A DNA stretch of 64,000 nt. Source: a virus. Lineage: Duplodnaviria; Caudoviricetes. This document shows positions 1 through 10,296 of this stretch, piece by piece. The stretch is from the IMG/VR virus record IMGVR_UViG_3300021979_000003, positions 96,001 to 160,000 of that record. One strand, given 5' to 3'. The notes under the pieces were generated by a model. That model saw only the letters and a program-made list of their open reading frames with translations. It was not told the origin of the DNA and searched no databases. Positions within the stretch are counted from its first letter, which is position 1, and each line of letters opens with the position of its first letter. A program made the position numbers and the translations under genes.

Positions 1-372
1 AACAGTTTCTTGAACGTCGTCTTCTGTACCTAGTTCAGTATCAGTACCAGCAGAAACACCAAAGTTTACGGAACCTAGTTCACGAATTTTCTCTTGGATT
101 TCAGCAGCGTCAACAGCATCGTTGTGTTCAACAGCAACGGTGAAACCACCAGCAGCTAGTTCACTAACGATAACTACGTTACCACGAGTGCGGAAGATTT
201 CGATAATCTGTTCCCAAACACGCGCTTGCTCGTAATAGTTGTTGAATTCTACAGAACCGTAAGTCGCTTCGCTGTCGCCAGTAGGAACGATAGAATTTGG
301 AGTTGCTACGGTGAAGTGTTCTAGACCACCAGTAAGCATTTGAGTATCTTGTACTTGAGTATAACGTTTCAT
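1..372 (-). CDS. Small virion protein, paralog of 498..950 (3' end runs off window; missed by ORF track)
   Basis: Manual translation from ATG at 372: MKRYTQVQDTQMLTGGLEHFTVATPNSIVPT...YYEQARVWEQIIEIFRTRGNVVIVSELAAGGFTVAVEHNDAVDAAEIQEKIRELGSV..., highly similar to the 150-aa ORF; SD (aaggag) upstream. Confidence 0.9.
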   Translation of the reverse strand, partial: MKRYTQVQDTQMLTGGLEHFTVATPNSIVPTGDSEATYGSVEFNNYYEQARVWEQIIEIFRTRGNVVIVSELAAGGFTVAVEHNDAVDAAEIQEKIRELGSVNFGVSAGTDTELGTEDDVQETV

Positions 373-406
373 ATTGTATTCTCCTTAAATCTGTTATATA
401 CATTAT

Positions 407-414
407 TATTTATA
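407..414 (-). promoter_or_regulatory. T4-type late promoter TATAAATA
   Basis: Exact TATAAATA on the minus strand about 35 nt upstream of ATG 372. Confidence 0.7.
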
Positions 415-453
415 CTAATTAATAAAATTCTTTTTAAAGTATGCAAAAATAAA

Positions 454-477
454 AAGTAGTCGGTACGCCGACTACTT
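454..477 (-). terminator. Rho-independent terminator
   Basis: aagtagtcgg-tacg-ccgactactt 10-bp stem, followed by a T-run on the minus strand, just after the stop of 498..950. Confidence 0.8.
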
Positions 478-497
478 AAAATTACTTTAAAATGCTA

Positions 498-950
498 TTA
501 AAGAAGACTGTAGTCAACTTTAGATACTGTAACACCAGATAGGTCTACAGTAGCTGGTTGAACTTCTTCAGTTGTAACATATCCAGCTTCACCCGGAAGA
601 GTACCAAATTCATCGGCAACTTCAACCGTTTCCTCACCGAACGCTACGGAACCTAGTTCACGAATTTTCTCTTGAATTTCAGCAGCATCAACTGCATCTT
701 TGTGTTCAACAGCAACAGTGAAACCACCACCAGCTAGTTCACTAACGATAACTACGTTACCACGAGTACGGAAAACTTCAATTAGTTTTTCCCAAACACG
801 TGCCTGTTCGTAGTAGTTTTTGAATTCTTCGCTGTGATATTCTACACTACCGTCAGCAGTTGGAACAATGGATTCTGGGGTTGTTACTGTGAAATGGTCT
901 AGACCACCAGTAAGCATTTGTGTTTTTTTAGCTTGAGTATAACGTTTCAT
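498..950 (-). CDS. Small abundant virion protein (decoration/fibre candidate)
   Basis: 150-aa ORF, high-expression codon bias, own late-type promoter (GATAAATA 990..997), tandem paralog. Confidence 0.7.
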   Translation of the reverse strand: MKRYTQAKKTQMLTGGLDHFTVTTPESIVPTADGSVEYHSEEFKNYYEQARVWEKLIEVFRTRGNVVIVSELAGGGFTVAVEHKDAVDAAEIQEKIRELGSVAFGEETVEVADEFGTLPGEAGYVTTEEVQPATVDLSGVTVSKVDYSLL

Positions 951-1004
951 ATTGTTATTCCTTTTTTGTTATTAAATAGCTTATACTTATATTTATCAAA
1001 ATTG

Positions 1005-1730
1005 TTATAATTTCTTGAAAGCGTCTCTAATTCTTTGTTGCTTTTCTCTCTTTTTTTGAAGAAATTTATATGCAGCAAGGCCACCTAAAGCATACATAGC
1101 CTTCTCAGTATTACTCATACCTTCAGGCTTTTTCTCTTCAGGCTGGTTTTTAGAAACGGGTTCTTCGGCTTTATCGTCCACTACTTTAAATTCGGATGCG
1201 AATTCACGAATTTTATAAGTAACTTCACTATACCTAAACTTAACTGTACCGTAGTTCTTCATTTTGTCTAGAGTTAACTTGCGCTCTCTTAATGTTAAAC
1301 GGTTCCAGTTGATAGCCATTCTGCCAATAGACCTTAGAATGTTATCTTCGATATATAAATCTTTTGTAATTCTCTTCATGAAAGAATCGAACTCTACTAC
1401 AGACAATGATCCGTTTATCATACGTCTTAGATATCTAACATAAAAGTCTATATCCAGTTTGGCTCTCTTCATGAGAATTTCATCTTTTTTGTTATAGTTA
1501 CCATCCTCGGCTAGTTTGTTCAAATAGACAAATAGGTTATAAAGATCAGTACCATTAATTTTATGGGTATTGAAATTAGAATACTTGATGGTATCTTTTG
1601 CGTATTTTGCTGCATAAGAAGAATATTCATAATCCTTATACATGATACACAAACCTATCATTTCATAATATACGTGGTTGAGAACATTTCTTAACCCACG
1701 ATTTTTCAATTCACTTAGACTTCTAATCAT
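1005..1730 (-). CDS. Hypothetical protein, probably virion-associated
   Basis: 241-aa ORF in structural operon; C-terminal small hydrophobic helix plus basic tail. Confidence 0.6.
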   Translation of the reverse strand: MIRSLSELKNRGLRNVLNHVYYEMIGLCIMYKDYEYSSYAAKYAKDTIKYSNFNTHKINGTDLYNLFVYLNKLAEDGNYNKKDEILMKRAKLDIDFYVRYLRRMINGSLSVVEFDSFMKRITKDLYIEDNILRSIGRMAINWNRLTLRERKLTLDKMKNYGTVKFRYSEVTYKIREFASEFKVVDDKAEEPVSKNQPEEKKPEGMSNTEKAMYALGGLAAYKFLQKKREKQQRIRDAFKKL

Positions 1731-1739
1731 GATGTTTCC

Positions 1740-3710
1740 TTATGAATAAGATATAATTACTTTTAATGCACCTACAGTACTAGTACCAGTATTTAGATAT
1801 GCATTCAAATCCGTATCACCACCAGCATCATATACGTATGATGGTGTAAAGGTATACGTACCAGCTTCAGTTAGATCAATTATATCTTCAGACATCAATC
1901 TATCATTAACAGATGCATCGCCTACATTTAATGTAGCATTAACATCATCAAAAGCTTGGGTTACTTCAACTGTTACATTAGTGACTCTAGAGTTATTCGA
2001 CACAGTACCCACAAGATGTGTTCCAGTGTCTGCATTTGTAAGCACGATAGAGAGTACATCTGCATCAGTTCTTGCAGAATCTTGAGTTGCAATCAATTCC
2101 CAACCAGATGATGTATATAGCCAGTACTGCCACTCACCATTACCACCGTCTTCTACATACGCTCCATCACCTACAATAACATCAAGCTGTAGTCTTTGAG
2201 TGTTATCAAGTACAGAATATACTTCACCTTTACGAATACCTTGACCAATATAAGCAGCTTTTGCTTTCACACCATTTTCAACAGAGTATATACCAAGGTC
2301 AGTTAAAATATCACTCGTGTTACCACTCACATTGCTCAATCTAATTTCACCAGCATCACCTTTTTCTAACTTTAGATATGTTGATGTTGAAGGTCCATAA
2401 GAGCCTGCAACTATGCCGGTACAAGAAGGTGTTGAACCGTCAGGAGACAACATAGGATTTCCACTATTATCATTTTTTACATTGACCAAATCCAATGTAC
2501 CTCCCGCAGTATTAACTATTTTTAATATATTATTACCTACTTGTGCTTCTACATTAGGAATGTTAGCAGCATTGATATCAAATGCCATATCTTCTTCTAG
2601 ACCAGCTTCAATACCATATGTTGCTTGACCAGTAGCACTAGTAGTAAATGTTACTGTTACACCATTGATGGATATTTGCGGCCCATTAGCTACATATGCG
2701 GCAGGCTCACCTAAAGAAAACGATGTTGTACTTTGTACAACTAAAGGTGCTGTTATTTCTGATGCCGTAACGTCGTGTGTTGCAGTTAAACCATTTATTG
2801 AATTAACTGCATCCGAAATGGTTCCGGCCCCACCTATTGTTACGTTAGTACTATTAATCTGTAAACTATTTGCAGGATCAGTAGTAGCATCAGCCACTGT
2901 TCCCGTTATATTTGTTAATGTATAGTCTTTAAGTTTAACGTAAACAGGAAGTGACGTTTCATAAGTAACATTTTCATCAATATCAGGGTCATAATAAATA
3001 ACGTCGCCAACTTCACCCAATAATTTATTAAATTCATTAGAAGATGTCAACGGCTCCATAACAAAACTATCCTGACTGGTAATGTCAACCACACGCCCAA
3101 CTAAAATATTTTTAGTAGTTGGTATTACAAAGTTGTTATTGTTAGTATCAACTGATATAAGATCATCAATCTGGAAACCATGTTGGGCTTGATCAATTAT
3201 GATATATTCCCCCTCGGTTAGATTTTGAAATCTGGATAGAAGGTTTGACCAAAACGCCGATCCAAATCCACCGCTTGGTGCTGGATCGACGACAGGCATA
3301 CCTAAGTGGTTTAATTCAAAAACCACAATAGATGTAGGGATGTTAAATATACCATTCGCAAGTGCAGAACTAAAAGTATTATATCTAAATAAGTCTTCTA
3401 CAATTAATGTGGCAGTTCTATTTGTTTTGCTTTCTACTGAAACTATTTTTACTGCCACACCAGTATTTTTCGAAGCCACCCACATATTCGGTTTAATATC
3501 CATTGCATTATAAGCGTTTGGAATTCTAGTCAAATGGCTGGAATGCTCTTGCTCTTCAACAGTTATATCAATTTTCCACCTATACGGTCTAGGTGTGGTG
3601 CCGCCTTCCCAATATGGGTCACCGGTTCCATCATCATACGGCCAATATCCTTCGGGTGACACAGAATTAGCGTCACCACTAAGAACTATTGGTGGTAAAT
3701 TTAATTTCAT
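1740..3710 (-). CDS. Virion structural protein (beta-rich, fibre/baseplate-associated)
   Basis: 656 aa, T/G/N/D-rich, tightly linked to fibre genes; two (I/S)NG-type beta modules. Confidence 0.6.
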   Translation of the reverse strand: MKLNLPPIVLSGDANSVSPEGYWPYDDGTGDPYWEGGTTPRPYRWKIDITVEEQEHSSHLTRIPNAYNAMDIKPNMWVASKNTGVAVKIVSVESKTNRTATLIVEDLFRYNTFSSALANGIFNIPTSIVVFELNHLGMPVVDPAPSGGFGSAFWSNLLSRFQNLTEGEYIIIDQAQHGFQIDDLISVDTNNNNFVIPTTKNILVGRVVDITSQDSFVMEPLTSSNEFNKLLGEVGDVIYYDPDIDENVTYETSLPVYVKLKDYTLTNITGTVADATTDPANSLQINSTNVTIGGAGTISDAVNSINGLTATHDVTASEITAPLVVQSTTSFSLGEPAAYVANGPQISINGVTVTFTTSATGQATYGIEAGLEEDMAFDINAANIPNVEAQVGNNILKIVNTAGGTLDLVNVKNDNSGNPMLSPDGSTPSCTGIVAGSYGPSTSTYLKLEKGDAGEIRLSNVSGNTSDILTDLGIYSVENGVKAKAAYIGQGIRKGEVYSVLDNTQRLQLDVIVGDGAYVEDGGNGEWQYWLYTSSGWELIATQDSARTDADVLSIVLTNADTGTHLVGTVSNNSRVTNVTVEVTQAFDDVNATLNVGDASVNDRLMSEDIIDLTEAGTYTFTPSYVYDAGGDTDLNAYLNTGTSTVGALKVIISYS

Positions 3711-3712
3711 AA

Positions 3713-5707
3713 TTATTCTCCAAAGGCAAACATAATATATAATCTAGCACGTTGTCCAAGACCTGCACTTGCACCTACCTGTCCCATAGCACAGTCTAAT
3801 GTAATAACATTGTTGAACGATCCAGAGAAAAGAGTAGTTTGATCGTATGTTGCACCACCACCTGATACTTTTCTAGTGCCAGTAACAGGAGTCATAAGAA
3901 TATATTCATTAGTAGTAGTAACATGCGCGTATTGCTGAATACTTATAGGTGGATAAGCCTTACCAGTAAAGGTAAACTCAACTATACCACCGGGACCATC
4001 TGTTATAGTAGTAGTAACACCAGAAGTTTCGTTCTGTATCGCGTCAGGCGCACTTAAATCACCACCTGCCCCAGAGGTATACCATAACTCTACCCACTCA
4101 TAGCTAAATGTACTTGAACCACCAGAGATTGCCTGTGGTACGAAGTTGGTGCCATCATACACAAGTGCATCACCAGAGGTTGGAGCAGTTGTTGTAGTAT
4201 CTACGTCGCTCAAGTCATCAAGTGCGCTTGCACCACCGCCTGAAATAGTTGCAGGAACAAAGCTAGTTCCATCAAACTGTAGAACCTGACCGGTAGTAAT
4301 ACCAGTAGTATTTACATCTGTAAGATCATTAATTTCTGATGGTATTGATGGTGTATTAGCTAAATCAGTATATGATCCAGAAGTTGCGACAGTTGCTAAG
4401 ACTGGTAAATTAGTTAAGTCATCATATGATCCAGTAGTTGCTACGGTTGCTAGTGTTGGAGTACCAGTTAGATCAGAATACGCACCAGAGGTTGCAACAG
4501 GAGCCAATGTAGGAGTTCCAGATACCTCGCTGTAATCTACAGAACCGTCAACCCAAGTTGTTCCATTGTACTTAAGAACGTTGTTAGTAACAACACCAGT
4601 AGTATCAACATCACCAAGATCATTCACATTCGCTGGAATGGATGGTAAATTAGATAGATCATTATAATCACCACTAGTAGCAACAACTGCTAGTGTTGGA
4701 GTACCAGTCAATTCGCTATAAGACACAGAACCATCTACCCAATTAGTACCATCGAACTTAAGTACATTATCGGTGATCGCGCCAGTTGTATCAACGTCAG
4801 TAAGCTCATTAAGATTGGTTGCACCGCTTCCAGAAACTGCTTGTGGTACGAAATTAGTACCATCGAATACCAGAGCATCACCGTTAGTCGGGGCAGTGGT
4901 AGTAGTGTCTACATCGCTCAAGTCATCTAGTGCAGTTGCACCACCGCCTGAAATAGTTGCTGCAACGAAGCTTGTGCCGTTGTATTGCAAAACCTGTCCA
5001 GAAGTTATCCCACTAGTATCAACATCACCCAGATCATTAATATTAGTTGGAATAGTAGGTTGATCAAGTAAATCAGTATAAGAACCTGTAGTTGCCACTG
5101 TAGCCAAAGTTGGTGTACCAGATAAATCAGAATACGCACCAGTAGTCGCAACAGTCGCTAGAGTTGGTGTACCAGTAACTTCAGAATAATCAACAGAACC
5201 ATCTACCCAATTAGTGCCATCGTATTTCAATACATTATTAAGAGCTACACCAGTGGTATCAACGTCAGTTAGATCACTGATAACACTAGCTCCACCACCG
5301 GAAGGTGCTTGTGGAACGAAGTTTGTACCATCGAATACCAATGTATCACCGTTAGTTGGGGCAGTGGTGGTAGTATCTACATCACCTAATTCGTTAAGAA
5401 TTGTAGCACCAACTTGATCAGTAATAGTAAAAGGTACGAAGTTTGTACCATCATATTGTAGAACCTGTCCAATACTGATACCGCTGGTATCTACATCAGT
5501 TAGGTCATTAATTGCTTGTGCACCAGCAGGGACAGTGTAGAAACCTGTAACCCCACCAACTTTACCATAAAAGGTATTGTCTGCCGCTGAAGAGAAGCCT
5601 TCAATATCTTGAGCAACTTCAACTACATTGTCTTCATTAGAATCGTATGTAGTCTTCGTCATCAAGTCTTGCGGTTCTAAAAAACTAAAATCTATTTCGT
5701 TAGCCAT
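3713..5707 (-). CDS. Repeat-rich fibre protein
   Basis: Many LxDLxDVDTT..(L/V)x(Y/F)DGTN(F/W)V and YSDLxGTPTLATVAT(T/S)G repeats, unique C-terminal domain. Confidence 0.75.
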   Translation of the reverse strand: MANEIDFSFLEPQDLMTKTTYDSNEDNVVEVAQDIEGFSSAADNTFYGKVGGVTGFYTVPAGAQAINDLTDVDTSGISIGQVLQYDGTNFVPFTITDQVGATILNELGDVDTTTTAPTNGDTLVFDGTNFVPQAPSGGGASVISDLTDVDTTGVALNNVLKYDGTNWVDGSVDYSEVTGTPTLATVATTGAYSDLSGTPTLATVATTGSYTDLLDQPTIPTNINDLGDVDTSGITSGQVLQYNGTSFVAATISGGGATALDDLSDVDTTTTAPTNGDALVFDGTNFVPQAVSGSGATNLNELTDVDTTGAITDNVLKFDGTNWVDGSVSYSELTGTPTLAVVATSGDYNDLSNLPSIPANVNDLGDVDTTGVVTNNVLKYNGTTWVDGSVDYSEVSGTPTLAPVATSGAYSDLTGTPTLATVATTGSYDDLTNLPVLATVATSGSYTDLANTPSIPSEINDLTDVNTTGITTGQVLQFDGTSFVPATISGGGASALDDLSDVDTTTTAPTSGDALVYDGTNFVPQAISGGSSTFSYEWVELWYTSGAGGDLSAPDAIQNETSGVTTTITDGPGGIVEFTFTGKAYPPISIQQYAHVTTTNEYILMTPVTGTRKVSGGGATYDQTTLFSGSFNNVITLDCAMGQVGASAGLGQRARLYIMFAFGE

Positions 5708-5742
5708 TGTTATTATTCTCCATAAGTTATTTTAGAACTTCG

Positions 5743-8700
5743 TTACACTTGAACGAAGTCCACAATTCTAATAGTATCGCCTGCATTACGTGCAGTAGTT
5801 AATGTAATTTGTGATGGATCGCTGGTGTCTACCTGACTAGAAGGCAACAGTATACCGTTCGCATAAACCATAACATTTCCACTGTGTGCAAATGTGATAA
5901 CTGTCTGTCCGGCAGTCATAGTAAACTCATCATCAACCGCATTTGTAACAGAAGCCTGTGTGTTAGTCTGTGTATTGTTTGGATCGTGAATTACAAGAAT
6001 CCTAATGTTATCACCAGCATTACGTGCAGTGTTTAGTGATATAACGCTTGTGCTAGTAGTATCATCAACTTCACTTGTAGGTAGTAAGAAACCGTTCGCA
6101 AAAACCATTGTGTCATTGTCGTGCTGAACTGAGAAGTCTGTTTGACCCGCAGTCGCTGTAAATTCATACAGACTAGTTCCTTGTGTACCAGCAGCAGTAT
6201 CACGTGGCTCATACTTTTGAGTAGATGAGTTATACGTCAACACTTGATTGTCTTGAGGTGTTACTGTCTCATCTACGTTATCTAAGTCTTCGATAGAGTT
6301 AACACTACTTGTCACACCCATTTCGAACAGACCAGACGTAGAGTTATAAACCAATGTCTGTCCATCAGCCGGGGATATAGCAGAGTCAACATCACTCAAT
6401 TCACTAAGCTGTGTAGCACCAACCTGATCTGTAATGGTAAATGGTACAAAGTTTGTACCGTCATACTGCAATACTTGACCTGAAGTAATACCAGTGGTAT
6501 CTACATCACCTAAATCATTAATATTTTCTGGTATGAATGGTGCTGCCTGATTCACATAGTTTGAACCATCATATACTAGAGTATCACCGATACCGACGTT
6601 GGTTAGCTCGATTCCATCAATGTTGAAAATGCTTGGAGCCGTGTATGTGAAACCGTTTGTAACGATATTTTTATACTTTCTCTCAATCACATCTTCTGTT
6701 TGAACAGAATTATATACAGCAAGGTTATCAATGCTATATGCCTGTGATCCTGTTTCTAATTCTTCAAGCATTGTCATTGAAACTGTATAAGAAAGGTCAC
6801 TATCCAACGCAGTTGCTAATGTCTGATCGACCTGTCTATTTGTGTTAACATATACATCTAGCTCAGTATTTGTACCGTTCTTTCTGTAGTTAACAACAAT
6901 ATGGTTGTAGATGCTATCGTTTAGCGTTATTCCATATCTACCAGATTCAATACCATTCTTTATAACTTTAATTTCATGAATAAATGAGCTACCAGATGGT
7001 GTAATAACCATTTCTAAATTTATATATTCAGAAGCAAGGTTATCTGCCGCAATTTCCATACTGGCTACAGTGGCTTCTTCTGGTGTTCCTAGATATGCAA
7101 CGTTAGTAGTTGGCTGATACCAGAAGTCATAAGAAAACTCATTAGCATTTGCTTCAGCAAAGCTTCCAACGGTAGTTGTAAATGCTGATACAGGAGAGCC
7201 ACCATTAATATCGTAAGATGTTCCAGAGTAGATGCTTTCACTACCTTTAACACCGATGCCATAATTAACGGTATATCCTGAATCAGGAGTTATAGTTGTA
7301 TTATTAATTGAACCAGTAAGGTTGCTGTCAAAGTTCCAGTACTCATACGCGTTAGTAACTTTTACGATTTCATCATAAGAAAGTTCTACCTTCGCTTTTA
7401 TGTACTCAGAGCCGTTCCATACTATGGAGTCTCCATTCACTGGTGCAACGTCTGAAACATTACTTAATTCTTCTAATGTTATTTCTGGTGTTCCATTTAC
7501 GAACACGCCACTTCCAGAATCCCAAACGATTGCATCACCGTCGCTTATTGAGGTAATAGCTAGATCATCCGCACTCTGAAGATTGACTTTTCTAATTTCA
7601 AAGTTACCAGTGGAATTGTTATAAAATACACCACTTCCATTTGATTGATCAACTACGTCAACATTAGAAAGAGATTCTAGGGTAACATTGGATGATACCG
7701 GAGTGATTAGATATTCACCCGCTGTCTGATCCCAACGTAGTGTGTATACTTCACCATCTACTGGTGTATTCTCTTCTGAAACATATAGTGCCCATGCCGC
7801 ACTTTCATACTGTTCATTGGTTCCGTTATATACAAGTACATCACCGTCTTCAGAGTTAGAAGTATCGATACCTAGTACCGCAGTAGGATCAGTATTAACG
7901 AAGCGAGAATTTACGTCATCATAGCTTAGAATCTGATTTGCAAGCGGAGTTGTTAATTCATATGGTAGAACGTCCTGTGCTGAGAAGTTAACACCATCAT
8001 ATATTAATGCTTGTCCAGAAGTAATACCCGTTGCAGAAACATCAGATAGTGAAGCTAGTGCAATTGAATCAGAAACATTCTTATTAACATATTGAGATAG
8101 TGCACCATCATATACTACAATCTGACCATCACTTACTGAAGTAATAGTCACGTCTAATAGATCACCTAAGTTTTCAACACCAAGGTTTCCGCCAGCTACA
8201 GACTCAAATTGACCAGATACACTATTGTATTGTAAAATATCGCCATCATTAGGTGCAGTGTTTGCATCATAAGGTAGAAGGCCCTGTGGTACGAATGTAC
8301 CAGATTGGTATACTAGAACCTCTCCATTAGCAATACCAGATGCACTAACATCACTTAGTGTTGATAGCGACTGTGCAAGGTCGGTAAATTCAAATTCACC
8401 AGAAATAGAATTGTATACTAGACCGTATCCATTTTGTGCATTAAGTACACTGGATTCGTTTACATTGTTAAGGTCTTCGATACCCATGTTTACAGACACG
8501 TTCAATGATGAACTATCCGCAGGAACAAATGCTGACTGTGCAGAACTCCAAACAAGAACATTACTATCAGAAACGCCAGTAGTATCTACATCTGTTAGTG
8601 AATTAATACTAATATTTTGAAGTGCGTTGATTAGGTTAGTATTATTAAGGAACCTGTTCTGAGAAGTTTCACTTAGATCATCAGTAGTCTTTTGAGTAAA

Positions 8701-10170
8701 GAAACTATCAAAAGAAATTGAATTAAAATGTAAACTATCTGTTGTTTCACCAAGGTCTATTAGGTTTTCAGGTAGTTGACCTACTTGGAATTCACCAGTT
8801 CCAGAATTATAAACAATGGTTGATCCATCGCTTAATCCTGTAAGACTAACATCAGAAATATCAGATAGTAGAATTTCTCTATTATTCCAACGCGTACCGT
8901 CAGAATATAGGAATGTACCAGCAGACTGAATTGCATCCACATCACTTATTTCATTTAGAGAAATACCATAGTTAATATCAACTAGATACTCGCCAATGTC
9001 AGTGTAGACTCTCTGAGAGTCATAATATAGGTTGCTTGTGCCTTCAGGGATATCATCAGTACTGGAAACGTTAGCCGCCACATCAGTAAACACCCATTCA
9101 GTGCCATTCCAAACAGGAGCCTGACCAGATACCGGAGCAGTTGCGTTTACAGAACCCAAGTCTTGAATTGATACAGTACCTAATGTATCTCTAACTCTCT
9201 GTGAGGTAAAGTAAAGATTGTTATTACCTTCTGGAAGATCATCAGTGGTTTGTGGCACATCAGCATCAATAACAATTTCTTCGTCATTGAAGTTTGTAGT
9301 TACTGTAATGTTTGATCCACCGGTTACACTACGGAACTGTAAGTTCCCACCAAATCTAGCAAAGAACGTACCAATACCATTACCTACGTTTTCTGCATCA
9401 GTAATTGTACCCGCAGTACCACCGTCTCCGCTAGTAACACCTAGAGAACTCAATGGTGCAGATTCCCAAAGGTTTCTGATACCGTTGTAAACCAATACGC
9501 TTTCGTGTTGAATATTATTTAAATCAACATCTACTAATTCAGATAGCCTACTAGTTGAAGATTCTTGAGGAACCCAACCGCCTTCGGAACTATCCCAAGT
9601 AAGAACGTCACCGTTCTGTGCGCCCTTTCTTTCAATTGTTTGGGAAATAACAGCTTCAGTGGCAAGACCGTGGAATGTAACCGCGTACATATCCGCATAA
9701 CGACGACCGTTAGAACCAATATCATAGGTAGCGTCTACATCTGGAATATTATTTGCATTAGCAAACATGAATGAGCTATCCGACTCACCTCTGCTATATA
9801 CATCTATATTATTTCTCACGTCCTGTGCATTAGCATCGCTTAGATTATTGCCTTTTTCAAGAAATCCTGATCTTCCAAGACCTTGTAGTGTAGTAGCATC
9901 ACCATCAAAACTGATGTCGATGTACGATCCTGAAGATGTTAATACAATACCGTCATTACCGCGAATTCTTCTGAAACGCATGGTATTAGAGACAACATTG
10001 TTAAAAATGTGTTCACCGTCACCTTGACCAAGATTCATACCACCTTGAATATAGGTAGTATTGCCAAATAGGCTAAGATCAGGTTCGACGTTTACAAAAG
10101 CTTGTTGAGTTTCATCGTAAACTAGTATTTGGTTAGATGAAGGGTTGGTTACATTTATTTCGTCAGCCAT
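5743..10170 (-). CDS. Long repeat-rich fibre protein with LamG/ConA-like domain
   Basis: 1475 aa; LxxLxDV repeats, DDLPEGxxNLYF motifs, LamG-like segment (YEYWNFD...IDNLAVYN), duplicated C-terminal ATAGQT..ANG..TARNAGD domain. Confidence 0.75.
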   Translation of the reverse strand: MADEINVTNPSSNQILVYDETQQAFVNVEPDLSLFGNTTYIQGGMNLGQGDGEHIFNNVVSNTMRFRRIRGNDGIVLTSSGSYIDISFDGDATTLQGLGRSGFLEKGNNLSDANAQDVRNNIDVYSRGESDSSFMFANANNIPDVDATYDIGSNGRRYADMYAVTFHGLATEAVISQTIERKGAQNGDVLTWDSSEGGWVPQESSTSRLSELVDVDLNNIQHESVLVYNGIRNLWESAPLSSLGVTSGDGGTAGTITDAENVGNGIGTFFARFGGNLQFRSVTGGSNITVTTNFNDEEIVIDADVPQTTDDLPEGNNNLYFTSQRVRDTLGTVSIQDLGSVNATAPVSGQAPVWNGTEWVFTDVAANVSSTDDIPEGTSNLYYDSQRVYTDIGEYLVDINYGISLNEISDVDAIQSAGTFLYSDGTRWNNREILLSDISDVSLTGLSDGSTIVYNSGTGEFQVGQLPENLIDLGETTDSLHFNSISFDSFFTQKTTDDLSETSQNRFLNNTNLINALQNISINSLTDVDTTGVSDSNVLVWSSAQSAFVPADSSSLNVSVNMGIEDLNNVNESSVLNAQNGYGLVYNSISGEFEFTDLAQSLSTLSDVSASGIANGEVLVYQSGTFVPQGLLPYDANTAPNDGDILQYNSVSGQFESVAGGNLGVENLGDLLDVTITSVSDGQIVVYDGALSQYVNKNVSDSIALASLSDVSATGITSGQALIYDGVNFSAQDVLPYELTTPLANQILSYDDVNSRFVNTDPTAVLGIDTSNSEDGDVLVYNGTNEQYESAAWALYVSEENTPVDGEVYTLRWDQTAGEYLITPVSSNVTLESLSNVDVVDQSNGSGVFYNNSTGNFEIRKVNLQSADDLAITSISDGDAIVWDSGSGVFVNGTPEITLEELSNVSDVAPVNGDSIVWNGSEYIKAKVELSYDEIVKVTNAYEYWNFDSNLTGSINNTTITPDSGYTVNYGIGVKGSESIYSGTSYDINGGSPVSAFTTTVGSFAEANANEFSYDFWYQPTTNVAYLGTPEEATVASMEIAADNLASEYINLEMVITPSGSSFIHEIKVIKNGIESGRYGITLNDSIYNHIVVNYRKNGTNTELDVYVNTNRQVDQTLATALDSDLSYTVSMTMLEELETGSQAYSIDNLAVYNSVQTEDVIERKYKNIVTNGFTYTAPSIFNIDGIELTNVGIGDTLVYDGSNYVNQAAPFIPENINDLGDVDTTGITSGQVLQYDGTNFVPFTITDQVGATQLSELSDVDSAISPADGQTLVYNSTSGLFEMGVTSSVNSIEDLDNVDETVTPQDNQVLTYNSSTQKYEPRDTAAGTQGTSLYEFTATAGQTDFSVQHDNDTMVFANGFLLPTSEVDDTTSTSVISLNTARNAGDNIRILVIHDPNNTQTNTQASVTNAVDDEFTMTAGQTVITFAHSGNVMVYANGILLPSSQVDTSDPSQITLTTARNAGDTIRIVDFVQV

Positions 10171-10250
10171 ACTTTTTATCCCTTTTAAATAAAATCTGTC
10201 TATATATTTTATTTATTGCTAAAGGGTAATAACAAAATGCACATATACAA

Positions 10251-10278
10251 AAAAGGGTAAACCGAAGCTTACCCTTTT
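10251..10278. terminator. Rho-independent terminator downstream of clpA
   Basis: aaaagggtaa-N8-ttaccctttt inverted repeat with A/T flanks. Confidence 0.7.
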
Positions 10279-10296
10279 AAAACTGACGTTTTTCTT

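Noticed and set aside
179-403. 74-aa minus-strand ORF from the track
   Set aside because: Out-of-frame shadow of the real paralog gene at 1..372
3713-10170. Possible diversity-generating retroelement template/variable repeats
   Set aside because: No reverse transcriptase in the window, and repeat differences are not adenine-specific
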